DNA of 64,000 nucleotides from a bacterium (GTDB lineage Bacteria; RUG730): NCBI GenBank assembly GCA_031551405.1, contig JAVBNQ010000003.1, positions 124,001 to 188,000 of the forward strand, read 5' to 3'. Shown piece by piece: positions 59,346 to 64,000 of this stretch (position 1 is its first letter; each line of letters starts with the position of its first letter). The notes under the pieces were generated by a model. It saw only the letters and a program-made list of their open reading frames with translations, ran no database searches and was not told where the DNA came from. The position numbers and the translations under genes were made by a program.

Positions 59346-59871
59346 ATCAGAAAAATTAGCGCTAATTCCCGAAGAATATTGGGACGACACGATTATCACT
59401 GGAATGGGGTTCAGGAATGTCATTAGATCAATTAGTGGGCTATTAAAAAAAGACAAAAAAATTTTAGAAAATAGGTTTATTAATATCGGATTTGCAGGTT
59501 CAATTCATGGAAAGATTGGCGACTTGTACGAAGTTGAGTATTGCGAAACAATTGGCAAACATATTTATTATAACCTTCAAGATGGAAGCGATATAGTAAA
59601 ACTCTTGCCAAAATTGCATCATCTAAAAAAAGCAAATTGTTATACGGCTTTTGATTTTGTGACGGCTGTTGACGAAAATTCTATAAAAGTATTAAACGAC
59701 AATGCAGTCATATTTGATATGGAACTTGCTGCTATTCTCTCTTTTAATTCTAACGCCAACGCTTATAAAATCGTTTCAGACAATTTAGAGGAAGACAGCT
59801 ACAAAGACGCTTTAAAAGCAAGTTATGTGGAAAATATAAGAAATATTATCAATCAACATTTTGCATCTTAA
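59314..59871 (+). CDS. Compact nucleoside phosphorylase/MTA-SAH nucleosidase-fold protein
   Basis: ITGMG, INIGFAGS, FDMELAAI and YKIVSDN motifs. Confidence 0.75.
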   Translation: MKNFKILVATESEKLALIPEEYWDDTIITGMGFRNVIRSISGLLKKDKKILENRFINIGFAGSIHGKIGDLYEVEYCETIGKHIYYNLQDGSDIVKLLPKLHHLKKANCYTAFDFVTAVDENSIKVLNDNAVIFDMELAAILSFNSNANAYKIVSDNLEEDSYKDALKASYVENIRNIINQHFAS

Positions 59872-59973
59872 AACGAAAATACAAAATCTCTAAATTTTAT
59901 CACTTCCAAAATCCTTCCTTTTAAAAAATCATAAAAATTTTTGGATTAAAAAAATAAAAAACGAGGTTTCATT

Positions 59974-62900
59974 TTGCAAAATATTGAAAAAAACAAAAAT
60001 ACTCCGACGGATGAACAACAAAAAGCAATTGAAACTATTTCGGGAATCGTTTGTCTGAGCGCCGGGCCCGGTTGTGGAAAAACTTTTGTTTTAGTGAACA
60101 GATATTTTAAGATCGTCGAGACTCTACTAAAAAACGGCGTGAAAATAGAAAAAGCTTTACAAAAAATTTTGGCTGTTACATTTACGAACAAAGCAACTGC
60201 CGAAATGAAACAGCGGATTTCGAAATTTCTGGAAAACTTTGATATTGAAGGGAAAAAATTGGAGTTTTCTGAAGTCGAACGCTTGAAAAATAATGTCAAT
60301 ATTTCCACGATCGATTCGTGGGCGACTTCATTTTTGCGAGATTCAGTTTTGGAAACAAATTTAGATTTGCGTCCGGATTTCGAGATGATTTCCGAAGTTT
60401 CAGCAAAAATGTATTTTCTAAATTTTGCAAAAAAATTTTTCGATTCTTACGATGAAAAAAAATTATCGCATCTAGAACTCCACAAAAATCCAATCGAGTT
60501 ATTCAAAGAAATTTATCAATTCATCCAGTCTCTAAAATCTCGTCTGATTATTCCTGAAAAGTTTTGGGAAATTACACAAAAATCTGAAGCAAACGACGAA
60601 ATAATTTTAAGCCTTGCGGAATTTATCAAGGATTTGTACGCAGATTTTAACGGCTGGATGCTCGAACGCAATTATTTGGTTTTTGCAGATTTGCTTTTTT
60701 ACGTCAACCAAATTTTTGTGACTAATTCAGCAGTCCTAAAAAACTACGCGAAAAATATCGACTACATTCTCGTCGATGAATATCAAGACATAAACGATGC
60801 TCAGGATTATATTTTACGTTTTTTGAGTCAAGCTTGCAAAAAAACGCAGCATGAAAATTACTTTCTCGTCGGCGATATTGGACAATCGATTTATGGATTT
60901 AGAAACGCGAATTACAAGAACATGCTTGAGTACAAAAATTCGAAATCGGATCACAGCCTTAATTTGTCAAAAAACTTTCGCTCGACAAAAAATATTGTAG
61001 ATTTCACAAATTTGTATTTTGCAAAAAATTCTGAAACGAAAATTTATCAAAATTTAGAAGCTGAAAGCTCTGAAATTGGCGAAAAAGTTTCAATCATTTT
61101 GGCTGATTCAAAAGACGACGAAGCTGCAAAAATTGCTCTAAATATTCAAAATTTGATTACAAAAAATGAATGCGAATTTTCTGATATTAAAATTTTGCTA
61201 AAAAAAATGTCAGACGTTTGGAAATACGCGCTTGCTTTGGAAAAACGCAATATTCCGTTTATTATTCTCGGAGGAAGCGATTTTCAATCGCGGCCGGAAA
61301 TTCGATTTTTTATGAGCATTTTCAAAATTTTGGCTAATCCAAACGATGAAAAAGCGCATTTTATAGTTATGACGCATCCAATTTTTAACTTCAAAAATTT
61401 TGAACTCGCCATTCTAAAAAGCCTAATTTCTGAAAAATATGTTACGATTTTTGAGACGCTAAAGTTGAATCTCGAAGCAGAAACTGACAAAATTGACGAA
61501 AATTTTAAACAAAAAATTAAATTTTACATTGATTTTGTGGAAAAATTTATTGACGAAAATTTCGATAAAAACATAATGCAAATTTTCAAAAATTTGCAGA
61601 TTGATCCGAATTTTAAGAATTTTCTAGATAGTTTAGAAAAAATAGAATATTTACAAACAATTGACAGTATAAAAAAATTTAAAATCTTGGTTGATCAATA
61701 CGAAAAAGAACGTTATTTTTTTAATATTTCGGATTTTTTGAAATATTATGAGGCTTGTCAAGAGGAAGGATTTAGTGTTTTTACAGACGGAAACAACGTA
61801 AATGAATACAAATCCGTTGTTTTGATGACAATTCACAGCTCGAAAGGGCTTGAATTTCCGGTCGTTTTTTTGTCAGGTTTTACTGCTCCTAGCAACAAAT
61901 CGCGAAGTTTACATTTTGACGAGAAAAAAGGCCTGATCGTGAATGTTGACGCGAAAAAATTAAAAGCTCAAAATAGGATTGATTTCTATGGCGAGATACT
62001 AAAAGAAAAACTAAAACAGGAAGCAAGAGAGGAAGAAGAACGCGTTTTTTACGTTGGAGCAACTCGCGCAAAAAAAATGCTTTTTATCTCGAACTCGCTG
62101 GCTTATAAAAAATTTAACGAATTTATTTACAAAATTGTTGACGTCGACGAAAAAAAAATAAAGCCAGAGTTCGAAAATTTTGTAAAGCTGGATAATGCAA
62201 ATTTGAAAGAAAGCAAAATTTTTACAATAAGCAAGTTAGAAACAAAAGTTGAAAATTTTAATTGCTCAAAAAATATTGCGAATCGTCTTGAAAAAAATTC
62301 TTTTAAACAAAAAATCTCAAAATTTTTTTATTCTGTAAGCGAACTTGAAACTTATCAAAAATCTCCTCGCGAATATTTTCTTAAATATCAAAAAAATTTA
62401 GATTTTGAGTTGGAATTTCCAGTCGATACTGAATCTCTTGAGCGTTACAAAAAAAATATTTCAGAGTTTCAAAATATGCAGATTTTTGGAAATATTGTTC
62501 ACAAATTTTTGGAAAAATTTTTTGATAATTCACAGAAAAATTCAATAGTTTTTGAAAATTCAAAAAACATAAAAGATTTTTTTATTAAAAAATTTAGGCT
62601 TGAGAATTTTGAAATTGACGAGTTTTATCGAGATAAAATCGAAAAATTTTTAGATTGGTTTTTGGCGTATAAAAAGCAAAATTTGAAAATTTTGGGAGTA
62701 GAAAAAAATTTTAATTGGAACATTGGAACAGCTTTTGTGAGGGGAAAAATCGACAGAATAGACGAAATTGCGCCAAATACAATTAGACTGATCGACTACA
62801 AAACTGGCGAAAAAATTCGAGACAAAGATTACGAATTTTCTATGAATGTTTATGCTCTGGCTTGTGAGGAGATTTGGGGTTACGAAGTTTGCGAAATGAA

Positions 62901-63033
62901 AATAATTTATCCTTTTGCGAATAAAGAAATTGCCGTCACAAAGTCGGATAAGAATTTGATAAAAAATAAAATAATTGAAACGATAGGGGGGATTGAAAGA
63001 ATGGTTTTTGCAAGTTTAGTTGTCGAGGCATGA
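59974..63033 (+). CDS. AddA/AdnB-like UvrD helicase with C-terminal PD-(D/E)XK nuclease
   Basis: AGPGCGKT, AVTFTNKA, LVDEYQD, GDIGQSIYGFR, TIHSSKGLEF, YVGATRA, RGKIDRID, IDYKTG. Confidence 0.9.
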   Translation: MQNIEKNKNTPTDEQQKAIETISGIVCLSAGPGCGKTFVLVNRYFKIVETLLKNGVKIEKALQKILAVTFTNKATAEMKQRISKFLENFDIEGKKLEFSEVERLKNNVNISTIDSWATSFLRDSVLETNLDLRPDFEMISEVSAKMYFLNFAKKFFDSYDEKKLSHLELHKNPIELFKEIYQFIQSLKSRLIIPEKFWEITQKSEANDEIILSLAEFIKDLYADFNGWMLERNYLVFADLLFYVNQIFVTNSAVLKNYAKNIDYILVDEYQDINDAQDYILRFLSQACKKTQHENYFLVGDIGQSIYGFRNANYKNMLEYKNSKSDHSLNLSKNFRSTKNIVDFTNLYFAKNSETKIYQNLEAESSEIGEKVSIILADSKDDEAAKIALNIQNLITKNECEFSDIKILLKKMSDVWKYALALEKRNIPFIILGGSDFQSRPEIRFFMSIFKILANPNDEKAHFIVMTHPIFNFKNFELAILKSLISEKYVTIFETLKLNLEAETDKIDENFKQKIKFYIDFVEKFIDENFDKNIMQIFKNLQIDPNFKNFLDSLEKIEYLQTIDSIKKFKILVDQYEKERYFFNISDFLKYYEACQEEGFSVFTDGNNVNEYKSVVLMTIHSSKGLEFPVVFLSGFTAPSNKSRSLHFDEKKGLIVNVDAKKLKAQNRIDFYGEILKEKLKQEAREEEERVFYVGATRAKKMLFISNSLAYKKFNEFIYKIVDVDEKKIKPEFENFVKLDNANLKESKIFTISKLETKVENFNCSKNIANRLEKNSFKQKISKFFYSVSELETYQKSPREYFLKYQKNLDFELEFPVDTESLERYKKNISEFQNMQIFGNIVHKFLEKFFDNSQKNSIVFENSKNIKDFFIKKFRLENFEIDEFYRDKIEKFLDWFLAYKKQNLKILGVEKNFNWNIGTAFVRGKIDRIDEIAPNTIRLIDYKTGEKIRDKDYEFSMNVYALACEEIWGYEVCEMKIIYPFANKEIAVTKSDKNLIKNKIIETIGGIERMVFASLVVEA

Positions 63034-64000
63034 CTTTAGCGAATCGCCTCGGTCTTCACCTATTTTTCGTCCTAAAGATTCAGCCATTTCGTATAAATTT
63101 TGCGTTATAGTTTTAGCGTCTTCGGTCAGACATTTTTTCCCGGGATAAATCTCGTAGAGTTTTTTGTAAGTGTGAGGGGTGTAGTTTGGCATGATCACGT
63201 TTGCTCCGAGTGTCAAAGCCTTGATCCTATAATCCTCGCCCATGCTTCCAAGAGCGCTTGTTGCCGGTATATGAGCATTTTTCGATGTTATCCTCGTAAG
63301 CGCCAAAACCTTAAAAACTAAATTTACATCAGCTTTTGACTCGCTAGACAGCAAAGTTTCCGGATGTGGTAAAAATGGACTTACGCTAAGCATATCGTAC
63401 TCGTTTTCGGCGAATTTCTGCAAATCAAACGCCAAATCTTCGAAAGTCTGGCCTTTCAAACCCACAATATTTCCGGATCCAACTTGAAATTTCAATTTAC
63501 GCAAATTATCCAAACATTCAATTCTATTTTCAAAACTCATAGACGGATGCAACCTTTCGTACAATTTTTTGTTAAAAGTTTCAATTTTTAAAAGATAGCG
63601 ATCAGCTCCAGCATTTTTCAAAATTTCATATTCTTCAAAAGTTTTTTCGCCGAGTGAAAGAGTAATCGCAAGCTCCGGGTATTTTTTTTTAACAGTTTTT
63701 ATAATCTCAGCAATCCAATAAATATCGATTTTTTGTTCGCCGGATTGCAAAACTATCGTCTTGATTTTGTCTTGAACTATCAAGTCAACGCTTTCAAAAA
63801 TTTCAGAAGATTTTAGAGTATAGCGCTCGAGCTTTGTGTTGTTTTTATTTAGGCCGCAGTAGGTGCAAGTTTTATCGCAACAATTGGAAATTTCTATGAG
63901 CCCGCGCAAATAAATTTTATTGCCGACATATTTTTGCCGAATTTCGTCAGCAAAATCATAAATTTCTTGTAGATATTTTGGCTCAGAAACTGCAAGCAAA
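63016..64000 (-). CDS. hydE: [FeFe]-hydrogenase maturase HydE (radical SAM); 5' end probably beyond the window
   Basis: RGLIEISN, CxxxCxxC (CDKTCTYC), LQSGE, YLLKIET, GANVIMPN, YEIYPGK. Confidence 0.92.
   Translation of the reverse strand, partial: LLAVSEPKYLQEIYDFADEIRQKYVGNKIYLRGLIEISNCCDKTCTYCGLNKNNTKLERYTLKSSEIFESVDLIVQDKIKTIVLQSGEQKIDIYWIAEIIKTVKKKYPELAITLSLGEKTFEEYEILKNAGADRYLLKIETFNKKLYERLHPSMSFENRIECLDNLRKLKFQVGSGNIVGLKGQTFEDLAFDLQKFAENEYDMLSVSPFLPHPETLLSSESKADVNLVFKVLALTRITSKNAHIPATSALGSMGEDYRIKALTLGANVIMPNYTPHTYKKLYEIYPGKKCLTEDAKTITQNLYEMAESLGRKIGEDRGDSLKSCLDN

Noticed and set aside
58700-59973. Prophage or integrative element at tRNA-Arg
   Set aside because: No integrase and no duplicated tRNA 3' end seen
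78-63321. Numerous 60-190 aa ORFs antisense or out of frame to long genes (e.g. 78-455, 1280-1660, 11053-11577, 34822-35388, 43094-43591, 53449-53946)
   Set aside because: Shadow ORFs of well-supported genes, F/S/I-rich, with no motifs or RBS
1-64000. CRISPR arrays, rRNA, IS elements
   Set aside because: No regularly spaced direct repeats, rRNA-like sequence or transposase ORFs were detected by eye

Overview
Low-GC chromosomal segment of a diderm, probably anaerobic bacterium (FeFe-hydrogenase maturases, Na+-decarboxylase subunits, MlaEFD). The protein repertoire is reminiscent of Elusimicrobiota or related candidate phyla, which is an inference only. From 1 to 14.6 kb the genes are mostly on the minus strand: a TPR/ExbB/ExbD/ExbD/TonB envelope-motor operon, birA-oadB-oadG-crcB, rpmB, and a frameshifted ~1490-aa secreted modular protein whose central cassette contains a eukaryote-like Trf4/Cid1 PAP-associated domain. 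From 15 to 63 kb the genes are plus-strand housekeeping: dnaE, P-type ATPase, dxr, tsaEB, gph, rsmG, dnaX, pdxA, ileS, ricT, metG, tatD, mlaEFD, pgi, ddl-ftsQAZ-pgeF, tlpA-ccdA, gcvPB, hydF, addB/addA-like and tRNA-Arg. Between rsmG and dnaX lies an accessory two-gene module: a PilZ-fused alpha-oxoamine synthase (the PilZ part is missed by the ORF track) next to a 7TM-GAF-GAF-GGDEF diguanylate cyclase broken by homopolymer lesions. This module and the PAP-associated-domain protein are the best candidates for undescribed systems. No CRISPR array, rRNA, integrase or transposase was seen. All calls rest on motif recognition by eye, with no database searches.
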